From Paraspadella gotoi (Eukaryota; Animalia; Chaetognatha): a stretch of DNA of 64,000 bases. The translations under genes and the position numbers were made by a program. Each line of letters begins with the position of its first letter. Position 1 is the stretch's first letter. Location: positions 68,731 to 132,730 of the forward strand of contig JBJCIZ010000207.1 of the NCBI GenBank assembly GCA_051294375.1, in the 5' to 3' direction. The notes beneath the pieces are model-generated. The model did not search any database. It worked only from the letters and a program-made list of their open reading frames with translations, and was not told the origin of the DNA. Of the stretch, positions 1 to 13,175 are shown piece by piece.

Positions 1-922
1 TCGAGGCTATCGGCTGCCTCGCACATCAGATAAGTCTCTTCCACCCGGATGATAAGCATCTTCTACGACGGCGAGCAACATTTTTATCTTTCAGTTTACA
101 AATAAAATCGCAAAAAATTGGTTTTCGTCCCGCCCCAAAGCTTTCATTACATAAGAAAAACGTAAATAAAATTGCATAACCGTTTCGTCTTTAGTTGTTT
201 CATCGTTTAATATTTACTAAGACAACTATTTTGAAAATTAGGGAACAGGTGACCTCTCAGTGACAAAAAATATTGTGCACAGAGATACGGGTGTGAGAGA
301 TAAATGTTGCATAATAGGTCTAAGGTTATCATCAGAATGGGCAACAACAATTGCGACTTTCGTCGCCAAAGACTCACTTGGGAAAAACATGCCAATTTCT
401 TGCTGGATGATGGACCTTTCTGCAGGAAAGCAAACGCGTCGTCCGTTTGTTTCAGCTTCGTCTTGATCTGCTTCATCGATTTGCCGACCGAACTCCGTCT
501 GCCAGTTGATCGATGACCTCGGCGGCGCTGGCGCCGCAGACGATGCAGGAACGCACGGCACGGGAGGGGAACGGGTAGAGAAGTAGGCGGGAAAGGGAAA
601 ATAGACGGAAAGTGGGGAGAGATGGAAAAGTGGAGGACGGAAAAACGAGATGGTAGGAGAAGGCTTGGGTAAGGAAGAACGACCGGCGCCGTTGACGATC
701 CACCGGAATGGGCGATCGAGGACGATCCTGCTTGAGAAAAACAACGTTCATGTCAATACCATGAATTTTTAGAATGTCACTCATCGTTCTTGTCCATTAC
801 GTCTCCTATCACCCAGTCATGGGTGTTTACATATTAACTCTATTTTCCTGGACTTCGATTCACTTTACCAAATCCTCTCTCAAGAAGCGATTCACATCCA
901 TCTCTCTCTTCCATACTTTTCC

Positions 923-962
<40 letters not shown>

Positions 963-1770
963 TGATATTTTTTCGTTGATTCTTTCTAATCAACAATCTC
1001 TCATCCTTTGATTTCCTCTCCACATCATCTCTCTCAATCGTCTACCGCCTTTTTCAAACTTTGAACTATTCCTCATCTGTGAGAGGAACCCTTTTGCAGT
1101 CTCTCGTCGATCCACCATGATGGTCGATTCGATCTTCTGCAGCCGCGCATCGATTCCTCGTCCCTTTGAGCAGGAACCACTCTCTTCAGATCGTCCGCTC
1201 GTTTGAATTGCAATGGTCTCCCATTCGCCAATCTGGGTCCAACCCGACGGCTCCGATCCAAATAACTCAAAATAAGAAAATTGCTCAAGAAATTAAGACG
1301 CTATTGAATTAATATTTATAACTCCTTGCGTTATATTAATCAGAGACATCTACTTCAAATTCGATGTCCTTTTGTTGAACCGCAAAGGCACGGAAAAATT
1401 TGGAAAAGATGACGCGAAGCGTAATTTGGATTTTCTCTCTTAATTTCCGAAATTTAGGTAGCGACGAACGAGTATTTCCTTCGGAGGCTTAAAAAAAAAC
1501 TTTATTCGTAACCACGCTGAACACCAAGTGGAGGACGAAGAATTTTAGTGAAAAGAATTCGATACCAAAGTAAAAATGAACGAGAGTTTATTTCAGTATA
1601 ACATCGAAGGGAAATGCATAATATAATGAGCGCGAGAATAAAATAACAATGACTTTTATATGAATACTTTGTTTATCAAAGTAGGAATGTAAAGAGAATG
1701 GAATTTTAGGCCGAGAGAAATATTATTTACATTTTTGTAATTTACTAAATTCTTTCTCCCAATCTTCACT
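1..1770 (-). mobile_element. Gypsy LTR retrotransposon family A, copy 1 (5' part: LTR, PBS, 5' UTR, frameshifted gag), running off the window start
   Basis: 1-1526 is near-identical to 11316-13046, which contains the gag ORF; PBS TGGTGTTCAGCG (minus, 1515-1526) abuts the LTR end. Confidence 0.9.
1527..1770 (-). repeat. LTR type X (244 bp) with AGT...ACT termini
   Basis: Minus strand starts AGTGAAG and ends CTCCACT immediately before TGG of the PBS; homologous copy at 39597-39821. Confidence 0.85.
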
Positions 1771-2385
1771 GCCTCCATCACACTTACAAGATAATAACAT
1801 AGCAGGTTTTTCTGCAAGCTTTCAATCAAGACTCTCTCACATCTTATTTATTCACTCCCAGTGAACCTGGCTTCCCTATCAATGAAGTGTATAATGATTC
1901 AAAGAATGTTTTCAATTGTATGAAAAGACCACTCCTCTAAGTATTAGATCGATTAGATCGATATGTTATATGTTATATGAAATTGGTACAACCAATATAA
2001 AAATTATCCATTCATTTAATAAATAGCTATCTTGCCCCTGACTTTGACAGGCTTTGGTGGTTTAAGGCCTCCATCACTCTTACAAGATAATGACATAGCA
2101 GGTCTCTGCAAGCTTTCAATCAAGACTCTCTCACAGTCTCGTTATTCACTCCCAGATACCTGCTTCCCTATCATGAAGTGAAAATATTTCAAAGAATGTT
2201 TCAATGTATGAAAAGACCACTCCCTTAAGTATTAGATCGGTGGAATACTTATTGTACTCCGCACTAGCATCAAAATACAAGGAGCTGAATTTTATGAAAT
2301 TGGTACAACCAATATAAAAATATCCATTCATTTAATAAATAAGCTATCTTGCCCCTGACTTTGGAAGGCTTGGTGGTTTAAGGCC
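1771..2385. repeat. About 300-bp tandem (satellite-like) repeat, two units plus the start of a third, running into a gap
   Basis: GCCTCCATCA..CAAGATAA unit starts at 1771 and 2067; both units end GGTGGTTTAAG. Confidence 0.85.
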
Positions 2386-4544
2386 NNNNNNNNNNNNNNN
2401 NNNNNNNNNNTCGCGCTCAGGAATTATATTAAAAAAGATCATTAAAAATGTTAAACTCTTCTCTATTTAATTTTGGGTTATCACTCCGCGGAACCAAGCA
2501 GGGATCTAAGTCGTTAGAGGATTCCGTTTGATAACTCATCTGAATCTTGGGGAGGAGCCAGTTTTAGTTGCGGAAGCATCGAAGAAATTTTCGCAGAGGG
2601 CGACGTTAACGGCGGGGCGAGGCGGTTTAACCGTCCGGAGTTGGACAGAGGTAAAATACTAGACGGACGGTCGATGCACCACATGAGCTGGCATGGGGAG
2701 CGACCTAGCCACCTCTATCAGGAGGGATGTCGGTCACAGAGATTTTAACCGCCGACATATGCAATCGATCCGGCGTTATCGTCGTCGACTACACTTTAGA
2801 CCTCATCCTTTTCGGGTCGAGCGCGCGGGCTTTCGTGACGGGGAACTTTCTTGTCGACGAAGGATAGCATTGTGCTCGGAGAATCGTAAGGCGCGTAGAT
2901 TTCGAGGAGGGAGGGTCGGGGAGCAGAAGAAGCTTTGATAAGATCACGGATGGTAAAAGAAAATAATTGGCTGCTAGTCCAGATTCGCATGTTTCGTGCT
3001 TATATCGGCCGAGGAAAAAGTTTTCAATTAGTTAAGTATTAAATATTAGTAAAATCAATATGCGTAAGATACGTTTTGGAACTCTTTTTCTCATCCATGT
3101 TCCTTCAATCACAATATCTTCCTTTATATATCTTCTTGTTGGCGGGTTTATTTTTTCTTGTGTGCTTTCCGTTTTGCGTTTTGGCGCTGGTACGGTACGA
3201 ATAAGTGCTGGGTGTTCTCCGCTTGTCGTTTTGTCACACCGTTTCGGTTTGAGGGGGGGAGACTCGCAGGCCTCCTCTGTGAGCGAAGATGCATAGGAAT
3301 TCTGGCGACGGTTCATTCATCATCATTCATTCATCTCTATCTCCCGCCACACAACTCGTCCACAATAACTTACTAACTGATTAGCTTGGGTTGCCACTCG
3401 TCATAGATTTTTGGGTAAACCCTTGTCAATATGGATTATAGATAAAAATTCTTTTTAAATCAACGAGATATCGGTTTGAATAATATAGGCAGAATCTGGA
3501 AAGTAAGCGGAGAAGCGTCAAAAAGTTATAATTGGTACATGTTAATGACTGCGGATTAGTGGTATGAAAGAAGATTTACTTCACCGATTTCGGTAAGTTC
3601 GAAGAGGAAGGTAGACGATGAATTGCATCGCAAAGATCGGTGTTATCCGAATGAAAGATAAAGACTTCAGAAAACTCAACTGAATTGAAAACCTTAATGG
3701 AATAAACTATATAAAACGCTTAAAAACTTAAGCCTGCTTAAGAATTAAGCCTGAGGGTTTTATTTATAACTCATTTAACCTGATGCCGAATTAATACAAA
3801 ATCGCCTAAAGCAAAAGGAAGTATTTTGTATATAAGATTTTAGTTTTAGATTTAAAATTTTTTTTCAAATGGTAAACAAATTATGCATACATAAGGATGG
3901 TTTAATATTGGGAGTTTAACAATTACGAACACAATAAATTTTCTTAATAATTTATAAAAAGATTTTATATTATTAAAAATAAAATGGTAATTTAAATTTA
4001 AGCAGGTAAAGTTGAATGACGTACTGTTATTTGGTGGTTTTTTTACAAAAAAGAAGATAAAAATTAATTATGCAATCGTAATAATCTGCTTGGGTACTAT
4101 ATTTTTGTGTGATGATGCTTGTTTGTTTCTTAACAAATCTAAAATCTAATAATCTCCATCTTATCGTATGCTCTCGGGTAATAAATGCTATTTATTCAAT
4201 GGATATCGTCTTTATATCAATGTAAAAATTTTATCACGCCTTTATCATAAAATAAATATTCAACTAAAATACATTGCGACTTGAAATGTTGCACTCCATA
4301 TCATTATTAATGCTTTTGTCTGAAAGTTCTTACATTATTTCATTATAATTCTAACTTATAATAATAATAAATTAGACTTCAGGAAATACTGAGCCTTGAA
4401 AATTTAAAAGATATATTAACGTTTTATTTATAATAAGATTAATGATTCGGTTTTTATAATAATTGAAAATTCTAATTATTTGTTTCTTTATTTTTATATT
4501 TATACGGTTTCTATTTATCATGCCATGATCCGCGATTAATCAAT

Positions 4545-4865
4545 GTGGAGATCCTGATTATTATTATTAAGTAAGAAAGTAATAATCGCCGGCCGAATTC
4601 TTTAAAAATTCCAATGCCCGCTAAGAAATATTTTGCTCCCTTGCTGTTCACAACGCCGGTGCGCAAAACGTACCTTGATTACATTTGGAAGTATTTTTAG
4701 AATGGTTTACTTTACAAATGTAAACCAAATTTCTCTCTCTCTGCCGTATAAAAATGAAATGCCACTTTGTACAATTAGCCAATTCGATTCCATTCGCTTT
4801 TCTGATTTCAATAAATCGATTCATCTCATTTTGTTCGCGCCATTTTTATCTCGACCACCTCCACT
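4545..4865 (+). mobile_element. Solo LTR type Y of Gypsy family A
   Basis: 4731-4865 is the reverse complement of 13047-13175; termini GTGGAG...CTCCACT flanked by CAAT on both sides (apparent TSD). Confidence 0.75.
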
Positions 4866-5008
4866 CAATATTGTTTTATATTTTATTGACTCCCTATCTT
4901 TCTCTGATATCAATACTCAATTCTGAAGCTTTGAAATTTTATTTATCAATTTTAACTATTTTATCTGCAAAATTTTACCAAAATTTTTCAAAAAATTTGT
5001 AATTTACG

Positions 5009-5040
5009 CTGATGAAGATAGGACTTCGTCGAAACATGTC
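5009..5040 (+). ncRNA. Minimal type I hammerhead ribozyme in a Penelope-like pseudo-LTR remnant
   Basis: CTGATGA-A-GAT..GTC-GAAACATGTC core with palindromic stem III ACATGT; imperfect stem I GTAATTTACG/CATAATTTAC. Confidence 0.7.
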
Positions 5041-5600
5041 CATAATTTACTATGAAGATAAATAAACTTTACCATTGCCAAAACAAACCAAAGACTTTTA
5101 CTTATTCTGAATTAAATGTTTGCAAATTTAAAATTAGTGATTACAAAAAAATCAGAAATAAAATTTTTAGCAAAATTAAAAAAAAAAAATTTTTTTGCGG
5201 TATTTGCTCGTTTCAGGGCTAAGAAAGAAAAAGATATTAAAGTTCAATCATTAACTTGTACTTTAAATGGGTAAAAAAAGAATAAAAAACTAATTAATTA
5301 TTGTTTATTCTAGTTGGATAATAATAAACTAAAAAAATTATTGGAAATTCTAAAAAAAGCTAAAATGCTCATTCAGGGCCTGGTAGTACTCAAGCGATAT
5401 CGAGGTTTGCGACGGTTTTTGACCTTAACATCAGACTCCCTACCATATTGGTATAGTTAGCCTGTCCCAACAGTAAAAATGCTAGCTTTATATTTTTTGA
5501 AATGTTTTAATATTAGTACAACACAATTAATTGTATTCATATGATTAGTATTAGAATAATCAATGCATAGTCATGACCATTTTCTATTTCACTCTTACAG

Positions 5601-5676
5601 CCTTGATCACCGCCCTTGTCAATGCCTTCGGAAGAAGGATCCCGACGGCTTCTTCTGGCTGGAAAAGGTCTACTAT
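5601..5676 (+). CDS. Isolated probable coding exon of an unidentified gene (...KKDPDGFFWLEKVYY)
   Basis: Polypyrimidine tract plus TTACAG acceptor, GTGAGT donor, GC-rich C-ending codons in AT-rich surroundings. Confidence 0.45.
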
Positions 5677-6048
5677 GTGAGTATAATAATGATTGAATAA
5701 TATATATTAATCAATTATACAGTGAAATTTACAAGTGGTCACCCATTCTCTAATTCGTTCTACAGCCACGGCAAAGACCCGCACAAACGCCGTGCGCGTC
5801 TCCCACGTTGACGTAAAAAAAACAAAAGACGCGCATTCATCATTTATCATTAAATTCGCCAATATATCTCATCCATTGAAATTTGTTCAATAATTATTTG
5901 TCACATATTTATTTATTAAACATAAACGATTTGGTATTTACTCAAAATATTCAAAAAAATCCGAATAGTCAGCAATTTAACGAAATACAACGGTATCTAG
6001 TGAAAAATAAGAATACAAATTTCAAAATCCCACATTTACGATATTGTC

Positions 6049-9000
6049 TCATTCGGCGAAAATAAGATGAATTGCATCAATAGCGATCCCTGCATTTGCA
6101 GAAGCAGAGCGGCGAGCAGCCAAACGGGTAAGAGGCGGTCCGCAGGCGGGCATGGCACGGCGGTCCAGCGTTCTCATTTTGTCAACCATTTTGATGAGGC
6201 TCTCTCTGGACAAGTTGAACGAATAAGATGATCTCCAGGGAATACTTTAAATTCACCAGAGACTAGAGAATGGCACTTGAATGAATTCGTTGCTATTTTG
6301 GCAACTATTTCCCACGCATCTTGATCCACTTCCTTTGAATTTTTTGTGGAGAACCAAGGAAAAATGAAGTTTTCTTCTTCATGACTAGATCTCCAATTTT
6401 TAGATGGATGTAATATCTCTCGATTTCGCGTTTCCGGCGTTGAAGGAACGGTTCACATCATGGCGCAAAATGTCATTCTGAAGTCTTCTCCTTGCTTCCA
6501 ATGTTCTCTCACACTCTTTGCCGGCGCCGTCACGCCACTAGATGGCAGTTCTCCGTCCGTCGTCAAACAGGTTTGCAGATGAACGACAAAAATGGACGTC
6601 AGAGGGACTTTTTCCAGATAAAATATCTGTACAGTTGAATTGTAAACAACTCTAGCTTCGCCGACGAGAGAATGAAATGGAAGATGGTTCATGTTCTTGT
6701 AATTTGAGCATTATTCTCGTAATAGAATTGATGAATCTCTCTACTTTAGACTGACATCTTGACACATTTGCCAATCCATGTATCAACTCCACTCCATGTT
6801 GACTAAGGATATTGGCTGAGGGAGTGTTTGATTTACAAAGAGCATTGTCAGCATGGATGCGACGAGGTAAACCACTCACTCTTGTCTTATCTTCATTAGA
6901 CAATCCACTACTTCTTTGTCTTGCGTAGATTTTGTAGGATATGCCCATGCATATCTGGAGAAGAGGTCCACAGCACAAAAAATGTACGGAAATGCAGCAT
7001 CATTGTGGAAGGGTCCTAAAAGTCAATTGCAACGGAGTTTCCTGGCTCCATGGGTGTCTGCATCCCTCCTTCATCTCTGGAACCTTTTTGGTGATTGTCT
7101 GAAGGCAGATTGCACAATTTCTGATGTATGTAGAAATCTTCTTCTCTATTCCTATGAATGTAGTAACTTTTTCCCAAAGTTTTTAAGTTCGATTCACTCC
7201 AGCATGAGTTGCTGCAGGATCACGATCACCAACAACAACATGATTAGAACCTTGATTGACCGCAGCAAATTTTGTTTCATGAGTCTTACTCAAAAGACGA
7301 TGAAATTCCATCTCAGACACAACAAGGAGAAACTTGATTCCTCCATCAGGGGCTGTCCACAAGCGCAGTAGCACTCCCTGATTACTGATGATGAAGAGAC
7401 TGCGGTGACGAAGGAATGCCAAAGTCCCCATAGATAAAAGCAAAGCTTCATGTTATCTCTGTAACTTCCTCTTTTCCTTCAAATAATCAATTTTTTCACT
7501 CACATCAGGCGCCTGTTGCATTTCCAAGATTTTCTGGAGAACTTTGTCTGCAAAAACTGGAACTTCCTTGGCTTTAATTGGCTCATCCACAACTTCGTCA
7601 ACTTCCTCAGTGTGGCCTGAAGCTACATCTTTATCTGAGAGTTGAACAATTGAGACTGTCCAAGGGGCAAGAAGACCTTTCCACTTCTTGATTTCACGCT
7701 TTCTGCGACGCTTGTCACTCTACTCGTGAGTAGCACAATTGAAGAGATGGAATAGCCTTTTTGTCTATTTCCTTCTCTATTAGACTGTCCGGATCCCAGT
7801 CATCTGATGAACACTCAACTTTGTCACCGACTGCCGACGGAGGGTGTGCCGGATCAGTGGAATCATTTGCCGGAAAATGCGTCCACTCAGTGCATCCTAT
7901 TCCGGAGTCGGGTCCGCGCTGGACATTTCAATGTGGGAGATATTAAGCTTAGACATAGTAGTCCTCTTCTTGCTTTCAAAAAATTGAAGATAATTCATCT
8001 GAAATACTTTTATTCAGAAGTGATTCAAGCGGAACTTTTTCTCCTTTACCATTCAGAATCCTGCCTTGGAGAAATCTTCTGTCATAAGTGCCATCTCCTC
8101 CATTCATTTTCTTCCCATCTGCTACACACATCAGCTGGATTGCTCTAGATTCAATAAAAAGAATCTTGAAGTCAAAACTCTGAGATAGATGATTCTTTTC
8201 ACAAATGCATCATCGACTTGTCCAGGTGTTTAGCCAGTCAATAATGTCAGAATGGTCTCGCAGTGAAAAGATAGCTAAATCTTTGAACTGTTTCATAAAG
8301 AGCCAAAAACTCTTATAAAACGTTGGCAAACTTCTTTTTGCGGGAACAAAGTCTTTGAATAACATTGGACAATGTAGAGTTGCTCTTGTCTCCAGCAGCG
8401 CTGCTGCAATCTCTGCTGAAGTGGAAAAGTTTTGCAGAATCACAGATCCAATGGCATGCTGAGAGCCATCTGTGAGCACAATCAGCTCATCTTCAAGCTT
8501 GGTTGAGGGAACTCTCACCCTCCCATTTTTATCCAGAAGTACACTTTTTGCTTTTTCAAATGCTGTTTTGTGGATTTCCAGTGGCTTGAACTTTCTTTTC
8601 CTTTTGCTAAATCACGCAATGGCCCAAGTGCTTCACTCAGCTTAGGGTTGCAAGCTAGGAACCAAGAGAAAAAAGCAAGCTTAGAAATAAGGTCCTTCCT
8701 TGAGTCAGGAAAGGTGAGTTTAGCAATCTTCTCAATCTTCTCTCCCCTGACATTCCTTTTGCTCCTTCTGAGACTTCATGCCGAGAATCCTCAGTTAGTC
8801 CACTCCAATGTCACTCTTCTTGGCAGACAAAAGCAGGTTATAGGTTGAGCAAATAGCTATGGTCAGAGGTAGATCTGCATCCAGATGTTGCTTCATGTTC
8901 TTGGAGTAGGTAGATGTGTCATCAATGAAGGGCTTGCATCTTTTGTGAATGTCAAAAACATTCTCCACCCATTGTTGAGCATACCCAGGACCAACACTGA

Positions 9001-10600
9001 TCCCCATTGGACATCTGAGGTATCTGAAGAACTTTCCCAGAACAAAGAATCCAGTGAACTTTTTAGATGAATCTTCATCCATCAACAGTTGATGATAGAA
9101 TCCGGCAGCATCCAAGTTGGAGAAAACTGTGTAATCACCACTGGCAATTTCCCTCCTGACTCTTCATGGTAGTGGGAAGTGATGAGGCATCAAGAGCTTG
9201 ATTTCATTTTTCTGTAATCAACCACCATTCTGCTCTTGGTGACCTCTCTCTTCTCTGTAGCAACATATCTGCTCTCCAGAATGTGGATGTTTGACAGCCA
9301 ACTATCATCTGAATTTGTCATCTCAGTAATGACCCTTGTTTGAGAAGCTTGTCAATATGCTGCTTGATAAAGGGAATCTTTGCGTCAGAGAGTGTTTTCT
9401 CACTTTTTCTTTCATGGGAATGTCTGTTGAAGATTTGAGTTTGATTGGATTCATCCTCACTCCAGTGAAAGTTTCAGGTTTCTTCATTCTTGTAAAAGAT
9501 ATGACGAAAGTCCCAGAACCAAAGATCTGACCTTCTCCTGATCACTGTCACTAAGATGAGATATTTTGAACTGCTTCAGAAATGCTTCTTTGTCCTCGCA
9601 ATTAGTGCAAGTTGCTCCTTTTTGTCTCTCTTTTCACATCAACATCAATCTTCAAGAAATCATCTTTCACAGATTTGCTTTATTGATAGATCAAAATTGA
9701 CTACACGACTATGCATGTCAGTTAGCATGTCAGATGACAGTTTGTTTCTCCCCATGGAAGAAAATGAACAGCTTGATTTTTCTCATTGACATAAGAAACA
9801 GAGATTTCATCTTGAAGTTCAGTCAACTCCCTCACCAGAGACTATGTGAAATACAATAGACTCTGAATCCAAAGGCTCTTTTTCTTCATGTTGAACAACC
9901 TCACCCAAAATTTTTCCTTTCTCCAGAACAATTTCTTCTTTGTTTCATTGATAACTGGAATTTTTGTAAGTCTTTTGACTTTCCACAAAACTGAAACCCG
10001 GAATCATCATTTTATTCAGTAGCTCATCATAGAAGATAGAAATGAATGCTTTCCTTGTTGGTTTCCGGTTTTGTAAGCTTCCACCCATGTGATGCTTCTT
10101 GGATGATATGTTGTTTCCTGGTACAACGCATGATGTGTAGAACGCCTGAATCTCCAAGCAATTTGACGATATGCTTTGCGCCCATTCTCCACTCTCCTGT
10201 CATGCTCATGTCTTGCATCAAAGTTGATCTCTTCACATGGTAAACATCATCTCCAACGTAGTACCTCAAATTCTCTGTATTGAAAGAGTTAGTATCCTCA
10301 TATCATTGAAGACGTTGGCTGCAAAGATCACATAAGTTGATTTTATGGGAGCCACATGAAGCTCCACAGGAAGATGTCAGGAAAAAATTGTAGATTTGCT
10401 TTGACTTTCTTTGTGATGTGCTTTCTTTCAGTGCCCGAGAAGCCTGCAACAATCAATTGGCGACATCAAGTTTTCCTCCAGCAACTTTGCATCCTTGACC
10501 AACTTCTCTGGGATGATGCTGATGTCTGCTCCAGTATCGATGATGCAATCCACTTGAAGGCCATTCACTGAAGCACTGATGTGGTACTTAGCTCCAAGTT
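6049..10600 (-). pseudogene. pol: Frameshifted pol: protease, RT, RNase H, integrase
   Basis: IIDTGADISII near 10520; DAAGFYHQ, YLRCPMGI and PFIDD at 8795-9115; LTDGS near 8470; IHADNA and QSKVER at 6652-6978. Confidence 0.88.
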
Positions 10601-10951
10601 TATTCTCTCCACCAACAAAAGTAGCAAGAATGCTGCAATGAGGTGAGTTTGATGGAGAAAAGGCAGGTTTTGATGGGTAGCGGCTGCAGAAGTTGATGCT
10701 TTTTGCAAAAAATTGACGAAAAATCAGTTGAAAAATTTGATGACGGTGACGAAAATGGTGCCGTAAAAATTTGAATCAGTTTATCTAGACCCGTTTCCGA
10801 AAATTCGTTTCCATGTTTTGTAGAATCCAAAGACGCCGGCGTTGACGGCGCAGTCGACATCATGACTGAAGCGTCTGACGAGATTTCGACCGCGCCCCAT
10901 CATGCATTCTTCTTCCCTTTTGCGTCCTTCATTGCACTCTCAAATTCGGAT

Positions 10952-12487
10952 TTACTCTTGGGTGCTTTGGGACAGCTGATGGAGAAATGCTGCCGCGATC
11001 TCGCAAAATAAACACGGTTTTCCTTTACATTGATCCAAATCTTCATGCACTTTCAGACAATTGTAACAACGACGTGGAGGATGGAGCTCATAGAGGCTTA
11101 AACGAGAAAACGTCCGGTTCGACTTTGAGTCATCACCACGATTTGTCGACCAACGTCCTCGTCCGCCACGTCCGCCATTACCACGCCCACAATGGCCGCC
11201 CCTGAACGCTGCTTTGCCGTCCTGCGCCCCAACTTTGATGGTGGAAACGTCCATCTGCTCCGACGATTGCAAATCGACGCAATTGACGGTCGCGCCTTTC
11301 GCGGCGCGATTGGTTTCGAGGCTATCGGCGTGCCTCGCCACATCAGATAAGTCTCTTCCACCTGGATGATAAGCATCTTCTACGACGCGAGCAACATTTT
11401 TATCTTTCAGTTTACAAATAAAATCGCAAATAAATTGGTTTTCGTCCCGCCCCAAAGCTTTCATTACATAAGAAAAACGTAAATAAAATTGCATAACTGT
11501 TTCGTCTTTAGTTTGTTTCATCGTTTGATATTTACTAAGACAACTATTTTGAAAATTAGGGAACAGGTGACCTCTCAGTGACAAAAAATAATCGTGCACA
11601 GAGTATACGGGTGTGAGAGATAAATGTTGCATAGTAGGTCTAAGGTTATCATCAGAATGGGCAACAACAATTGCGACTTTCATCGCCAAAGACTCACTTG
11701 GGAAAAACATGCCGATTTCTTGCTGGATGATGGACTCTTTCTGCAGGAAGGAAACGCGTCGTCCGTTTGTTTCAGCTTCGTCTTGATCTGCTTTATCGAT
11801 TTGCCGACCGAAGCTCCGTCCGGCAAGTTGATCGATGACCCCGGCGGCGCTGTGCGACGCAGCGATGCAGGAACGCACGGCATGGGAGGGGAACGGGTAG
11901 AGAAGTAGGCGGGTAAGGGAAAATAGACGAAAAAGTGAGGAGAGATGGAAAAGTGGAGGACGGAAAAAATGAGATAGTAGGGGAAGGCTTAAGGAAAAAG
12001 GAACTGAAGTCACGGGCGGGATCGGGCAGATGCCCGATGGAAAGAGCACGTCTCCCGATGCAACAGATGTCGACGAAGTCGTCGTTGGTCGGGTGATGAC
12101 GATGCTATCCTTGAAGAGACGACCCGGCGCCGTTGACGTCACCGGAATGGGCGATCGAGGACGATCCTGCTGAGAAAAAACAACATTCATGTCAATACCA
12201 TGTGTTTTCAGAATGTCACTCATCGTTTTGTCCATTACGTCTCCTATCACCCAGTCATGGGTGGTTTTACATATTAACTCTATTTTCTGCTGGACTTCAG
12301 ATTTCACTTTAACCAAATCCTCTCTTAAAGAAGCGATCATTCCATCTCTCTCTTCCATCAACTTTTCCATTCTTTCTCTCTCTCTCTCTGATGATTCTTT
12401 CGTTGATTCCTCTAACTCAACAATCCTCTCATCCTTTGATTTCCTCTCCCCAATCATCTCTCTCAAATCGTCTACCGCCTTTTTCAA
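10952..12487 (-). CDS. gag: Gag protein (coiled coil, retrotransposon gag core, RGG-rich segment, Cys/His knuckle)
   Basis: 511-aa ORF with MKQTKDETVMQFYLRF major-homology-like motif, RGGRGRW and CYNCLKVH..C..PCLFC. Confidence 0.85.
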   Translation of the reverse strand: MKKAVDDLREMIGERKSKDERIVELEESTKESSERERERMEKLMEERDGMIASLREDLVKVKSEVQQKIELICKTTHDWVIGDVMDKTMSDILKTHGIDMNVVFSQQDRPRSPIPVTSTAPGRLFKDSIVITRPTTTSSTSVASGDVLFPSGICPIPPVTSVPFSLSLPLLSHFFRPPLFHLSSLFRLFSLTRLLLYPFPSHAVRSCIAASHSAAGVIDQLAGRSFGRQIDKADQDEAETNGRRVSFLQKESIIQQEIGMFFPSESLAMKVAIVVAHSDDNLRPTMQHLSLTPVYSVHDYFLSLRGHLFPNFQNSCLSKYQTMKQTKDETVMQFYLRFSYVMKALGRDENQFICDFICKLKDKNVARVVEDAYHPGGRDLSDVARHADSLETNRAAKGATVNCVDLQSSEQMDVSTIKVGAQDGKAAFRGGHCGRGNGGRGGRGRWSTNRGDDSKSNRTFSRLSLYELHPPRRCYNCLKVHEDLDQCKGKPCLFCEIAAAFLHQLSQSTQE

Positions 12488-13175
12488 ACTTTGAACGTAT
12501 TCCTCATCTGTGAGAGGAACCCTTTTGCAGGTCTTCGTCGATCCACCATGATGGTCGATGTCGATCCTTCTGCAAGCCGCGCATCGATTCCTCGTTCCTA
12601 CTGATCGAGGAACGATTTTCTTTAGATCGTCCGCTGTTTGAATTGCAATGGTCTCCCATTCCCATCGGTTCCCCCGATGCCATAACTAAAATAAAAACTC
12701 AAGAAAAAGGTAAGACAAGATCTGCGATAGACCTTTGAAGAAAAAATATGAAATGGCAACGAATTATTCTGGTCTAGATAATCAGCAATTTGTTATATGA
12801 AAAAATAATAAGGGCCCAATACTTTTTCTATAACTCCTTGCGTCATAATAAACCAGAGCAATCTTACTTCAAATTCGATGTCCTTTTGTTGAACCGCAAA
12901 GGCACGGAAAAATTTGGAAAAGATTGACGCGAAGCGTAATTTTGGATTTTCTCTCTTTTAATTTGCCGAAATTTAGGTAGCGACGAACGAGTATTTCCTT
13001 CGGAGGCTTAAAAAAAAACTTTATTCGTAACCAGCGCTGAACACCAAGTGGAGGTGGTCGAGATAAAAATGGCGAACAAAATGAGATGAATCGATTTATT
13101 GAAATCAGAAAAGCGAATGGAATCGAATTGGCTAATTGTACAAAGTGGCATTCATTTTTATACGGCGAGAGAGAG

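Larger units (their letters stand above)
5760..13175 (-). mobile_element. Gypsy LTR retrotransposon family A, copy 2 (truncated 5' LTR type Y, PBS, gag, pol; no 3' LTR recognised, so the left boundary is approximate)
   Basis: LTR end at 13047 followed by PBS TGGTGTTCAGCG; PR-RT-RH-INT domain order. Confidence 0.9.

Noticed and set aside
6049-10600. Programmed frameshifting in the retroelement ORFs
   Set aside because: Frameshifts are numerous and differ between near-identical copies, consistent with decay or sequencing error.
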